Shown: positions 13,001 through 25,249, numbered from the stretch's first letter. The stretch is DNA of 64,000 nucleotides from Selaginella moellendorffii (GCF_000143415.4 NW_003314271.1:2276806-2340805), one strand, 5' to 3'. Numbers and translations: made by a program. The notes: generated by a model from the sequence alone, not told the origin.

Positions 13001-14050
13001 AATTTCTTTAAAAATGAGTTTGTGAAGTTTTGGAAAGGCCAAAAAATATATAGGTGAAGTCCAAACAAAGGTATGTAATCCAATCTTTATCTTAAAGTTA
13101 TTCATTACATAAGCAACTTTGGTAGAGAGTTACTTATGACATTTACTAGCCCTCCAAAGGAAGCTTAGAGGTAGCTCTATTAAGATCTTTATTGATATAA
13201 ATGCTTTAAAAAATTTTATGGTTGCACACAATCTAACAAGCTAAATTAACAATGCAATAACTAGGATAATTAAGGACTATAGAGTTTGTTTAAAGTAGCC
13301 AAAGCACCAATGAAGTACTTTGATAAGAGCTGAAGTAAGGATATAGAAAGTGGACATGAATTTTACTATTTTAAACATAGTGTGATTTGATATAATCTTT
13401 GAGATGGATTAGTTCAATTATTTATAATAGCATTGCATGAATAAAGTAGAAACCTAATGGTATTGATGAATACACTTGGAGAATGATCTATGGTGAAGGC
13501 CTAAGATCTATAAAGAGGGTGAAGTAAGTCTAAAGATTCCTACTTGAACTTAGTGCCTACTAAAAAATAGTTTACTAAGAGAACTAAGGTAGCATTTTTG
13601 TGCTTACTCTTTATGAAACGATAAAAAGATGGGAATAAAAAAAATACCCTTAATGATCCAACAAGTATTAGATCAATTTTGAGATACAATACTAAAGAAA
13701 TTGTTGGCGGGGTTACCCCCTACTTAATTAATAGAATATAAGATTGAGTTAGTTGAGTGATTCATCCCCCTTATCAATTGAATGAAAAGGAACTCAAAGA
13801 GTTTAAATACTAACTTAAGGAGTTGATTGATGAACAATTTGCCATATGAAACTTTAGTGTTATTTATTTTAAAAAAACAATGGCTTTATGTGTATATGCA
13901 TAGATGACTAGTTGTTCAACAAGTATACAAAGAAGAATAAATACCCTTTATCAATGATTAAAGACTTGTTTGATAGGTTGGAAAAAGTAAAATACTTCTT
14001 ACAAATCCCTTTATCAATTGAATAAAAAGGAAGTCAAGGAGCTTAAATGC
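10100..14050 (+). mobile_element. Heavily decayed Ty3/gypsy LTR retrotransposon remnants
   Basis: Integrase-like fragment (NKYVIIAFDYLT, ~10230); RT N-terminal remnant (CID..FNKYTKKNKYPLSMIKDLFDRL..KYF, ~13860-14010); AT-rich with many stops. Confidence 0.7.
10900..11380 (+). repeat. Probable LTR/TE-terminal repeat; inverted homolog at ~63520-64000
   Basis: Aligned by eye, e.g. agattgtgaatttggatatgggataaacaccattgtgttcagg is matched by the reverse complement at ~63675-63716. Confidence 0.85.
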
Positions 14051-14690
14051 ATCCATAACCCATGAGATAAAGGTGATTAGACATAACTTTAGTATAATAA
14101 GTTAATATATCAGTGGTACCTTTGAGTGTTTGTCATAGGATTGAACATGTGACACTTATGCTCCACGTGTTTAATCCTATAACAAACACCCAAAAGTACC
14201 ATTGATATATTAGCCTGTTATATTAAGGATATATTTAATCACCTTTGTCTCGTAAGTCATGAATGACCCAATAGATGCATTTCATTCATAACCTTCATAA
14301 GTCTTATTCCCGACTTGAGGGATATATTAGTATTGTGAATGGCATTTATGCCATTTGGCCTTTGCACTTGGTTTAAGTGTTCCACATATTCGATCATATA
14401 ACAAACACCCAAAGGTACCACTAATATATTAACCTATTATGCTAAAGCTATATTTAATCACCTTTATCTTGTGGGTTATGGATGACCCAATAGATGCTAT
14501 TCACTCACAACCTCCATAAGTCTCATTCCCGACTTAGAGGACATATTAATATCATGAATGGCATCTATGCCACTCAGCATTTGCACTTGGTCTGAGTGCT
14601 CCAAGTGTTCAATCTTATGATAGACACCTAAAGGTACTACTAATATATCAGCCTATTATATTAAGGTTATGTTTAATCACCATTGTGTTA
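14051..14690. repeat. ~220-bp tandem repeat (about 2.3 copies) preceded by an inverted ~100-bp copy forming a hairpin
   Basis: acaaacacc(c)aaa(a/g)gtacca.t.atatat recurs at ~14181, ~14401 and ~14620; its reverse complement lies at 14051-14151. Confidence 0.85.
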
Positions 14691-15419
14691 TAAGTAGTCT
14701 AAAACCACCCATACTATAGTTTCATCTCCCAAAGATTAAGTCATCCATCCATGAGTGGTCATTTCATGACCACACTTTAGCATCTATAGAATGTCCAAAG
14801 ACATGGGGACACTCTTCCTTAATATCCCTTCTTCAATCCCCACTAAATCCCTTTCTGTTCACGGTTGCGCTTGCTAACATTGCCACTGGGTTAAGGTCCG
14901 AAGGCTTGACCACAAAATTCCATTGACTTTTAGGACTTCTTTGCCACGTGACCATATCCTTGGTCACTACATAAGAGGATTGCTCCTCTTCTTTTCCACA
15001 ATCTAGGACTTTGGGATGACATTTCGAAATACTATGGTCTAACACAAACTTTGTAGGTACTCTCCCCACCTTTTGCCTCTAAGTGCCTTAGCTATGTGGG
15101 TAAAGTGATGTTCTAATGAGCCACACCAGATATCCAAGTAAGTAGTGCCACCCACACTTGAAATGAGAGTATCGGCCATTCGATCTCCCGAGGGAATTAG
15201 AGCTAGTTTTTAAACACTTTACCAAATTACCCTACTTATCCATCTATGTTCACTTTATCCTTAAACTTCTTAATAGTTATATTATCACCCACCATATGGG
15301 TATAACATTCCTTGGTGATATTGACCTTTCTTGGCCAAATTAATTCCACTAGAATCCTCCCTTTACTATCCTTTTGAAGCTCACTAAACCCCTAGGGTCT
15401 AAGAGACAATTGCTTTGGG

Positions 15420-16040
15420 CTTTTACCTTTGGACTCAAATTCGGACTCGGACTTAGACTCACTCTCGATCTCAGTCTCGGTCTCAGTCTCGATCCTAGTC
15501 TTGATTTTGGTTTTGGACACAATCTCAATCTCTATCTTGGACTCAACCTTAGGCTCCATCTTGGACTCCATTTTAGACTCTTTCTCAGACTCCATCTTGT
15601 ATTCCATTTCAAACTCTTTTTCAAACTCCTTCTTGGACTTCATCTTGAACTTTATTTTGGACTCTTTTTTGGACTCTATCTTAGATTCCATCTCAGACTC
15701 CATTTTAGATTCCATCTTAGACTCTATTTTAAATTCCATCTTAGACTCCATCTCTGACTCCTTCTCGAACTCCATCTTAGATTCATTTTCAAACTCCTTC
15801 TCAGATTCAGTCTCAACACTTCTATATATCATAACATTTGCCATGTGTCAGTCTTTCTTGTGTCCCTTTCTAAATATTCGTTCATCAATTGTTTCATACT
15901 TATTCCTTGAGCACTTCGTTCAGAGTTTCACTCCCACTCCTAACTTTCTAAATCGAAGCTTTTGGTCCCAACATGTTACACTCATTTGACTTCATTGCCA
16001 TATGGCACATTTTTCAGCTCTACTTTAGGGCTTAGGGAAC
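15420..16040. repeat. 12-bp-period minisatellite (gactccatctta-like) plus conserved flank; TE-associated; second copy at ~58630-59045
   Basis: Periodic DSIL/ESKM translation; the flank gcacttcgtt..a.agtt.cactcccactc is shared with ~58908-58940. Confidence 0.8.
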
Positions 16041-16260
16041 AAATTCTTATTAGGCTAAATATGCTTATTATCCTTATTATAATTGATTATATGGATAGAT
16101 TTTTTTATCTATATAGATTTCAATAAATAGTTCACTCTAATTTTGGTCAATATTTACTTGGGTATACATGATTATCCTTAGTAGGAGCATTGTCAATACA
16201 AGACAAGCACCTAATAGTCTTTTTACAATGACATATATGGATGATGACATAAGTTTACCT

Positions 16261-17145
16261 CATAGGCTTATGGTCTCTAAATGCAATATTTATTAGAAAT
16301 TTTAAATGCTTTAAAATATTTATTTTTTAAAATTTTCTATTTTCTACAGAAAATATATAATAGATAATGATTCTTTATTTTGGATAATGTATATAAAACT
16401 GTTAAATAATACATTTATTGGTGTTGGGATTCTGGATGCTCTTACCTATGGCCTTATAGGAGGATGTAAGTACTCAACTAATTAATATGGTAAAACCTAA
16501 GTTGGACACAAAATGGAGATGATATTAAAAAATATATTAATTATAGAATGGTATTAATTTTTGAATGTGGACAAGAGATTCTCTACTTTCTAAAGATATA
16601 TTTAATTTATAAAACACTTTCCATAAATAAATAATAGGACTAACATCTAAGATATTATAGCAAGTGTCTAATAGATACAGTAAGTTCTTTACTATATAGC
16701 AATATTAAATTCTTTATTATATAGCAATGTTGTGGGACTACTGCTGAATATGCAAGGGTTCGTATCATTAACCAATGCAAGACACAACAGAACAGAAACT
16801 CTTTACTAGGCTAAGTATGCTTACCATCTTTATTCATGTCTGGTCTTATAATTTATTATATGGGTAGTTTTCTTTAAATAGTTCACCCTAGTTTTGTTTA
16901 ATATTTGCATGATTATTGCATTGCCAATGCAAGACATACCAGAACCTAATAATCTTTTAGCAATGGCATCTATGGATTACAACTTAAGTTTGTGTCATAG
17001 GCTTTATGGTCTCTAAATGGAATATTTATTGGAAATTTTAAATGTTCCAACACATTTATTTTAAAACTTTTCTATTTTCCACAGAAAATATATAGTAGAT
17101 AATGATTCCTTATTTTGGATAATATTCAAAAAACTGTTAAATAAT
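16261..17145 (+). repeat. ~150-bp AT-rich direct repeat (16261-16410 and ~16997-17145) upstream of MTPSL
   Basis: cataggctt(t)atggtctctaaatg.aatatttatt...gttaaataat is present twice. Confidence 0.8.
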
Positions 17146-17675
17146 GCACCACGAGAGCAGACAGTTGATTTCTTCTTTGATGCTATAAACTGGCATGAAA
17201 ATGATTGGAGCTTATAATTACATGCATGCAGTTCATCCTTATACACTACAGCAAGTCTAGACTAGCTGATTTACAAGGATGATGCTATCCTGATAGGAAC
17301 AAGAAATTGAAAACTTAGTGAAGCCTGTAAATTCCTTTTCTTCAAGTTTGAATTCAATCAGGTTACCAAAGAAAGATATCCCTTCCGAGTCACAAAAGAT
17401 TTGGTACTTCTGACTTTCTGTACAACTTATAGACATAGTTGGTCTTTAAAAGTGTGACAGCAGGATGGATTCAACTTTACGTCTGGATGCCCCAGTAAAA
17501 ATTGCGAGCAGCCTCCAATCCTAGCAAGTTGCAGTATAAAAAGCAACCTCGACTCCCTAACAATTGAAAAGTACAAAGTTCCGTGTGACAAAGTTCTTGG
17601 AAAGCTATCCTTGTAAAGTTCCTCCTTTAGAATTTGTATATTTGTCGGTGTATGTGTGATCCAAAGTTGGTGATC

Positions 17676-18947
17676 ATGGCTGCCAGCGTCAATGGCGTGC
17701 TCCCGGAGCTCTCCACTCTCTCAAAATTTGAACTCCGTCCATTGCCCTGCGCGTTTCCTTTCGAGTGCCACCCAAATCACGCGTCGCTCACCCGAGAGGT
17801 TGACGAGTGGGCGATCCGATCGCTGCAAGCCCGGGGCTCCATGCCCAAGCGCCAGATGATCATCGAGTCCAAGATCTCGGCGGCGGCATGCATGACTATC
17901 CCGCGTGGCCGGGACGATCGTAAGATGGTGCTGGCGGGCAAGCATTTGTGGGCGCTCTTCTTGCTGGACGACGCGCTGGAATCGTGCCGGAGCCAGGAGG
18001 CCGCGAGAGTCCTCGCCCGGCGAGCGATGGAAGTCGCGAGAGGGGACCAATTGGAAGGGATGATCCAGGAGGAAAGAGAACTAGAAGAAGCCAAAGGGGT
18101 CGCGAGGAAATTCGCGATCCAGGAAGAAGAAGGAGATCGATATAATGATCAGTCGAGAGGAATCCTTGCAAACATAGCGATCCAAGAGGACCCTGGTCTC
18201 ATCGATCTGGCTACCAGAGGAATGGCGACGAAAATCGCAATCACGGAAGAAGATCAAGGTCGCGATTCTCGATGGGCGCTGGGATTGTTCCGGGAAGTAG
18301 TGGCGGAGCTCCGGCGATCAATGCCGCTCCCGATGTTCGATCGCTACCTGCGGTACCTGGATCGCTACCTGGAGGCCGTGATCCAGGAGGTGGGATACCA
18401 GATCGCGGGCCACATCCCGCGGGAGGACGAGTATCGCGAGCTCCGGCGGGGAACGTCCTTCACAGAGGGCACCAGCGCGATCTTTGGCGAGCTGTGCATG
18501 GGGCTGGAGCTCCACGAATCTGTGACATCGTCTCGCGATTTCATCGAATTCGTGGCGCTCGTCGCGGACCACATCGCGCTCACCAACGATGTCCTCTCCT
18601 TCCGCAAGGATTTCTACGCCGGGGTCGCCCACAACTGGCTCGTCGTGCTCCTCCGCCACAGCCACCGCGGGACCGGCTTCCAATCCGCGCTGGACAGCGT
18701 CTATGGCATGATCCGCGACAGCGAGTGCCGGATCCTGGGGCTCCAGTCGCGAATCGAGGCGCAAGCACTGAAGAGTGGCGATGGTCACCTCCTCAGCTTC
18801 GCGCAGGCGTTTCCCCTGTGCCTGGCCGGGAATCGGAGGTGGTCATCGATCACCGCGCGATACCATGGCATTGGGAATCCTCTCATCACTGGCGTGGAGT
18901 TCCACGGGACATGGCTCTTACATCCGGATGTCACCATAGTTATTTGA
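17676..18947 (+). CDS. MTPSL: Microbial terpene synthase-like protein (MTPSL), intronless class I terpene cyclase
   Basis: LFLLDDALE (DDxxE), YRELRRGTS, NDVLSFRKD (NSE/DTE), W....RY; single alpha-domain size, no introns. Confidence 0.92.
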   Translation: MAASVNGVLPELSTLSKFELRPLPCAFPFECHPNHASLTREVDEWAIRSLQARGSMPKRQMIIESKISAAACMTIPRGRDDRKMVLAGKHLWALFLLDDALESCRSQEAARVLARRAMEVARGDQLEGMIQEERELEEAKGVARKFAIQEEEGDRYNDQSRGILANIAIQEDPGLIDLATRGMATKIAITEEDQGRDSRWALGLFREVVAELRRSMPLPMFDRYLRYLDRYLEAVIQEVGYQIAGHIPREDEYRELRRGTSFTEGTSAIFGELCMGLELHESVTSSRDFIEFVALVADHIALTNDVLSFRKDFYAGVAHNWLVVLLRHSHRGTGFQSALDSVYGMIRDSECRILGLQSRIEAQALKSGDGHLLSFAQAFPLCLAGNRRWSSITARYHGIGNPLITGVEFHGTWLLHPDVTIVI

Positions 18948-19244
18948 TGTACATTTGACTTAAGCCCTGATGTTTAATAGCAAACGATCTTCCTAACAAC
19001 CGTTAACATCCGTTAACAAGTATGGATTATATTATCATCGATTAGAGAACTAATTAAACTTCAGATTCCTGTCCGTTGTATGATTATTTTAAAGTTGATA
19101 GACTAATTCCTTGATTTGTCTCTCTTGCCTAGTCTCCAATGTCACTTTCTAGAATTGTTAATCCAGCCAGGACACCTTCCTTGAGCAACTGGAGGAACTC
19201 AACTGGCAGACCAACTACCTCAACCAACCCACCCTAGATGTAAG

Positions 19245-19315
19245 GCACTGCTGGTCTAGTGGTAGAATAGTACCCTGCCACGGTACAGACCCGGGTTCGA
19301 TTCCCGGGCAGTGCA
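19245..19315 (+). tRNA. tRNA-Gly(GCC)
   Basis: GCACTGC/GCAGTGC acceptor stem, TGGTCTAGTGG A-box, anticodon loop CTGCCAC, GGTTCGATTCC T-arm. Confidence 0.97.
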
Positions 19316-19359
19316 CTTATACTTTTATCACAAGAAAATAATGCCTTTCTTAAAGAATT

Positions 19360-19830
19360 TTATTTTGTCTTTGCACGCTTAATTCCGAAATTTCTCTTCT
19401 TATTTGCTGATGGCTCAGATGAATCCTCTATGCGATCCAAGTTGTCCTCCACAATTGCTACGGGCTGCTTTTTTTTCAAACGAGCTAGCTCAGATCTCTG
19501 TGTTGATCGCTTAGCATTCTCGCTAGCTCCTGTTCTTGCACGTCTCTTTCTTGTGTTCCACACCAGCTTGTCGAGCCCGCTCCACACGAGCCTTGCCTCA
19601 TCGTCCAGATTGACAGGCATCTTCTCGAGCAAGATTGTGAAGCAGTGTTGAAAATCATCATGGGACCCGTCCCGAAGAGGCTTGGGCCAAGCAGCATCAA
19701 TGAGCATGGTAAAATCTCTTTTAAACCACTCCCAGGCATTCAAGCATCTTGAGGTTGCTGGTCCTCTGCAGCGTTGACCAGCTTGATAATCACTTGCTCC
19801 ACAACCTTTGCACTACCATTCTGCACTAAA
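19360..19830 (-). other. Unassigned ORF/exon (basic C-terminus), possibly TE- or gene-fragment-derived
   Basis: 127-aa open frame with no recognised motif; short ACGAGCAT/ACGAATAC repeats upstream at 19900-19980. Confidence 0.25.
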
Positions 19831-20344
19831 GTCTTTAAAACATACATTCATTAGTCTTCATATGGCCACCTTTTCTCCTTCATGGGTTGTCTAAATAAGA
19901 ACGAGCATACGAGCATATTATCTGACTTCTTTATCTACGAATACGAACGAGCATACGATCTGGGAATTTTTTCTACGAACATATTCTAAGCAGCAAACAG
20001 AAATGATCAATTCTTATTCGCACATATTTTGCAAACATCGTAGCTATTCATACTCTCCGAAGTTTATTGTATAAGACATTCCATGTACATACACAGTAGG
20101 GAAGGAAGGAAAAGAGGCTAGAGAGAGTGAAAACCCAAGGCAAAACAAAACAAAGAAGGAAAGAGTGAGGAGAGCAAGTAATCGAAAAAGAAAAACGAAG
20201 TAAAGAAAGAAATAAAAAGGGAGAGAAGAGAGAGCCAACTTACACGCACTAGGAGAGGGTGATGGTGGTATAGTGTGTGTCGATCGTCGCTTCTCTAGGG
20301 AGATCTCTTTCTCGATCTTTCGCCTCGCCACCCATCGCGGATCA

Positions 20345-21679
20345 TCACGCAGCGGCCTTAACTTGACGCTTGATCGGCCTCTCGATCGGTCCCGCCGGTG
20401 ACGGACCGCGGAACCCCGCTGTGATCCTGTCGTTGATGCAGCAGTGGAACGGCGGAGGCCGGATGTTCCTCTCCTTGTAGGACTGGCAGTCCTGGCAGAA
20501 CTGCTCGCTCGATCTTCCATAGCCACTGTCCATCACGCTTCCTCCTCCTCCGGGAGCAATCGAGGAAGAGCTCCCTGGCGATGGCCTCGCGATCCTTTGC
20601 TGCTGGAAGTTGAAATGCCTGGCTTGCTGCTGCTGCTGCTGCTGCTGCTCTTGGAGCAGCGCTAACTGGTTATGGAAATTCGGGAGCACCTGTTGGAAGC
20701 TTAGATTTCCTGCTCCTCCTCCTCCATTGACGCCGGTTCTTCCAGTGAGTAATCTCATGTTGACACCGTCGGGAAAAACCGGGACGCCGCGCTGCATGCT
20801 CATTCCCGGCCTTCCAACTGGCTGCTGCTGGATCGGATCCTTGAACCGTGCCGCTTGGCTCATCGTGAGAGCCGCGTCCGAGAACGTTGCTGCTCCAACG
20901 CCACCACCACCACCGCCGCCGCCGCTTGCAATGTGCTGATCGCCAATAACACCCACGAACTTGGCAAGTTGCTCCACCGAGTTCGCGTTCCTGGCCAGCG
21001 GCTGCCCGCCAATTCTCGTCACCGGAGGACTCAGCGAGTTCTCCTTGGTTGTTGTTGTTACCACGGATGGCGTCGCGTCCCTTTCCACCACCACCGGGGA
21101 CAGAGCTTCCTCCTCCTTGACAGGTTCCGGGAGCACCGCCGCCGCCACTACTTCCAAATTGTTCTTCGATGCTGCCGCCGCCACCACCGACGGCTCAAAC
21201 GCCGGGTCTAGCACCGAGTTTGGCGACGATGCCTCGTACGCAAACGCCTCGTCGCCCTCCTTGCCGGGCCGCTGGCTGGAGGGGGACGTGTCGCCGCGCG
21301 ACGACGTAGAGTCGTCGTCGTCCACATTCTCCGCCTCGGCGTTCCTCCGCCGCGCGCCCTTCCTCTCCTTCTTGGACTTCTTGAGCGACACCAGGAAGTA
21401 GCAGTCCTTCTCCTTGCTCGGGTTGTGCTGGTTGAGGATGATGTTGAAGTTGGTGTTCTCGTTGATGGGCAGCTTCTGCCGCTTGTCCGCGTCCCGGGAC
21501 GTGGTCCTCCGGCAAACGAACACCGCCGAGAGTTGGTTAGCGGGTATCCCAACTTGGCGGCTCAGCTGGCCCTGGAACCGTTTGAAGGAGAGAACCGAAT
21601 GTATGCCGATCTGTCCCTTGTCCACCTCCTGGTCGCCATCGAAGAAGAAGAGCGGGTACGGGGTCGCAAAGCTCTCCAT
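20345..21679 (-). CDS. Conserved plant protein of unknown function (N-terminal FFDG domain, Q-rich linker, C-terminal CxxC...PFHC..D..GFR.SPAGPI.RP)
   Basis: Intronless 444-aa ORF; both termini match a land-plant uncharacterised family as recalled. Confidence 0.75.
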   Translation of the reverse strand: MESFATPYPLFFFDGDQEVDKGQIGIHSVLSFKRFQGQLSRQVGIPANQLSAVFVCRRTTSRDADKRQKLPINENTNFNIILNQHNPSKEKDCYFLVSLKKSKKERKGARRRNAEAENVDDDDSTSSRGDTSPSSQRPGKEGDEAFAYEASSPNSVLDPAFEPSVVAAAASKNNLEVVAAAVLPEPVKEEEALSPVVVERDATPSVVTTTTKENSLSPPVTRIGGQPLARNANSVEQLAKFVGVIGDQHIASGGGGGGGGVGAATFSDAALTMSQAARFKDPIQQQPVGRPGMSMQRGVPVFPDGVNMRLLTGRTGVNGGGGAGNLSFQQVLPNFHNQLALLQEQQQQQQQQARHFNFQQQRIARPSPGSSSSIAPGGGGSVMDSGYGRSSEQFCQDCQSYKERNIRPPPFHCCINDRITAGFRGPSPAGPIERPIKRQVKAAA

Positions 21680-22436
21680 GTCCGATGATGATCTCCGCCA
21701 CCACTGTCTGCTTGTACACCACCGACACCGCCACCGCCACCACCACTATACCACCCCCACGATCACAGCACCACCACCAAGGAGCCACCCAATTCGGAGA
21801 GATGGAGGAAGAGAGGGAGAGAGGCCTCTTTGGTACCAAAGACCTGGTTTTTATAATCTCAATCTGTGCCTGGTAATAACAAAGCCCGTGATCCAGTAAG
21901 TTTGGGGTCGACACATCGGATCGAGATGGATGGGGAGTTAACCGTTTGATCAATGCAAGCGCAGGAAGAACACACTCCAATCGCACGCACAGAGAGAAAG
22001 AGAGGGAGAGAGAAGGAATTCTCAGCGAGAATCGGGAGGATCAAGCACTCAAAAAAACCCAGCACTCCGGGGAGGAGGGGCGCCGATCCGCGGCGCTAGC
22101 CAGGAATTGGGACGGATCCCAGCCGGAATGCCGCGGATCGAGCCACAGATCAGGAAATTTCACAACCCTAAGATGAGAGTGCTACCTTTGCTGTAGCGCG
22201 CACGCCCGATCCATCCAGGGAAGCGCGGCCGGGGAAAGGAACCTACGCTGCGCCTCTCGATCTCGCTGCCGCGCGCCTTTGCTTGGATCGATCCGAAGGA
22301 AGGAGACGATGGCCAGCGCCTTGGCAGGGGTCGGATCCAGAGATGTAACCCTATCAAATGGAATGCGCAAAGGGAAGCGATGATATATATTATAAAGAAT
22401 ATGGTATAGCCGCCATAGCCAAGAGCATCACACAAA

Positions 22437-22490
22437 GGCGTTTAGCTCAGCTCCAAGTGTTACACTAACCCGTCGCGTGTTCGATCCCCT
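22437..22490 (+). pseudogene. Degenerate tRNA-derived sequence (pseudo-tRNA or SINE head)
   Basis: TAGCTCAG (A-box-like) and GTTCGATCC (B-box), but no intact cloverleaf. Confidence 0.4.
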
Positions 22491-22553
22491 TCAAAACAAA
22501 TATCTCTAGAATCAAAACGAATATTCCCCCTTCCAGGTTTTAGGGCATCAGCA

Positions 22554-24190
22554 ATGGAAGACTTGACTGGCTTGTCGGATCGCGAGTTTCTTGAGCTCTG
22601 GAAGCGTAAATCCGTCAGGCGGTCGCAGCAGCCATGGATTTGCGCGAGAATAAAGAGCGGCCCCGATATCCGAGGTCTGGAAGGTCACATTTCCTCAGGA
22701 ACATCGCAGCTCCAGATTATGGCGTCCTTGGCCGGGGATTCAATGGCGTGCGTCAGCTGCCATCGCCTCCAAGCATTGGCAGCCACCAGGCGACCATGGA
22801 CGTGGACGCCACTGGGAATTTCTACAAGGTCGGTTTCTTTGAAGCACTACCATTTCTTATCTATGATTCCAGACTGGAAGCTTGGGTGACCGATGCTAGC
22901 CAGGGACAGGGATCTTCGAGGCTCTCTCTAAATGAGCAATCTGGATATGAGCTCGAGATCATGGTCGGAGGTAGAAGGCTGTGGCTTTCCGGATAAAAGC
23001 CTGGGTATCATGCTCCATGATCAATCACAGGGGCTATTTCAGTATCTCGGCAGCCTCTTTGGTTGATGCTCGCAGAGCCTATGATCATCTACGAAGTGGA
23101 AGTTCTCATCTACGAGCCTGACACTGAGTGGCATTACGTTGGAGGGGAGCTTTATCTTCGTCCAGGCACTAGTGTACCTGCGAAGTTCTCACTCGGTCTG
23201 GGAAGAGTGGAGCTCCATTTTTCCTCCAGCAGGTGCTTTCAACGTTTTCATCCCAGAGGCTACTTAAGCTTCTACTGCTTTGGTAATCGCGAGTTCCGGA
23301 AGCACGAGCCCACCACCTGAGAAGAACAGGTATATCTTCTAGTTTTTAATTTGTGGCAGCATGCTGTGCCGTTTCCTGATGATGAATACGTGATCATAGG
23401 CTCTGCGAGCATCAACCAAAGATCGATGGACGGCTGCCGAGATACTGAAATAGCAATGGGAGCGTTCCAGCCAAACTACACGTGGAAGCAGCAGCACAAA
23501 CATCCTAGGCAAGCTCAATTTTTCTTGCTTGTAACATCTTAAAGCTTGCCTTCGTTTCTTCCAGGCCTATGGCTATCTGGCTTGCGTGGAAGATTGTTTC
23601 GAGATCCAGCAAGCGTGGAAACAGTGCGTTGATCGAGGAGGAGAACTGGAAGCAGGATGGTCGATATGCAATGCCTTAGCCGGTGGAGGTCACCCCAGAA
23701 GGAAATCTGCCACTCCGCGAATTGTCTGTACAAAAGAAGGGTGACTCAAAAGCGGGGCGTGATCTTGTTTGGGACAAAAACTCCCAGTCAGGCAGTGGAT
23801 GAGGCATTAGAATCAATCGACAGGTGGGTAGATCAGGGTGATGACGAGAAGATCATGGCGTGGACGATGTATATCAGTGACGGCCATGGTAGGCCACAGG
23901 ACTACACCGCTGAGAAGCCACCGAAAAAGCTGTTGCTATCTGCAGACAAATGGTGGAAGAACAAACAGGAGGAGAGGAGGGCAGCATTGAAGAAGTGGGA
24001 CTTGGCTTTGAAGCTGCAGGATAGCAAGAGGAGAGGAGGAAAGGGCTCGGGAGTTCAAGCAGAAGAGGAGATGGAAGCCCATGAAACCATGGCTAATGCT
24101 GGAAGAAGGAGGTGGTCTCCTAGAGTGAAGCTCGTAGATTTTGCAGACTTGTGTTGGATCGAACGAAGCCGTTGCATGCAGTTTTGATTG
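22554..24190 (+). pseudogene. Mosaic of gene fragments, including a phospholipase D C-terminal exon
   Basis: [32 protein letters not shown] (23378-23480) is clearly PLD but lacks the rest of the gene; neighbouring short ORFs are frameshifted. Confidence 0.65.
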
Positions 24191-25249
24191 TGTGGGATCC
24201 CAAGTGGAGGTGTGAACATTTTCTTCTGGACAAAATTGGTATGTCAAATTTTATTTTCTTTATTTTATTAACTGTGTAAAATTTACTGGAAGCCAGGAGG
24301 TAGTTGGGACTCATGGAAACGCACCAAGGAACGGATTTGTAAAATAACAACTGTCGAAACATTAAAGTTTATATGTGGCAATGAAGCACAAGTACACAAT
24401 GAAACAACTGACAGTCGTTTTAAGTATTATTTTATTCTAATTTCTTCTCTTTTTCTTCACTTTTTAATCTTTATCTTATGAATACAGGAAATGCATGTAC
24501 GCCTGCGATGAGGGTCAGCAAAACTATCCAATCGGTCTTTAATGCACTTTAGAGTGCAATTGTGCCGCAAATTGTGGTGAAGGTTGTTTGTGGCACTGGT
24601 TGATGCTAAGAACGGAAAGAGGATTCTCGATACTCAAGTTGAAGTTAGAACCTTAACTTTAGTATCCAGCGTTGAAATTAATTGAGATGAAATCCTTGCC
24701 AAGGGGGGCAAATGGAAACTCTTTGTCTGGTGACCAGCAGCTAAATGGACAGTGTAAGCAAAGACAACAGCTAATCATTCTCAATGATGATGTAGAGGAA
24801 CTTCTATCACCTCCTTTACATAAGGAGAACAGGTTCACGTTGGAAACCAGTCTGGAGAACTCCATGCAATCGTCATGAGAACAGATTTGATAAGCAACGA
24901 TCACTTCAAAGCAACTTGAACAATGAAAATTATGGAAAGTGGCGATGTTAAGATTGGCGATATCACCAAAGCTTGACTCACGAGCTTTTGATCAAGTGTT
25001 ACGAAATCGGGATTAAAACTCAGAGAATATAGAGAGATTAGTGAATAGTAATTATAATTGTGAAGATTGAGGACAACAACACTTGCATATCTTTTCTGAA
25101 TTTATAAAGGGCAATGAATGAATGAAATATCAAAGACAATGGCAGCAACGGTTCGATTCCTTCCATCGGCAAAAAATAAAAAACGTGTTTAGCGCTAAAC
25201 AAAATCCACTAGGGTTCTTCCTAATGCGGGATTCCTGTGCGGTGTCGCG

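Noticed and set aside
15374-15989. ESKM/DSIL repeat ORFs as genes
   Set aside because: The open frames are a by-product of a minisatellite in TE context; a second copy lacks an equivalent long frame.
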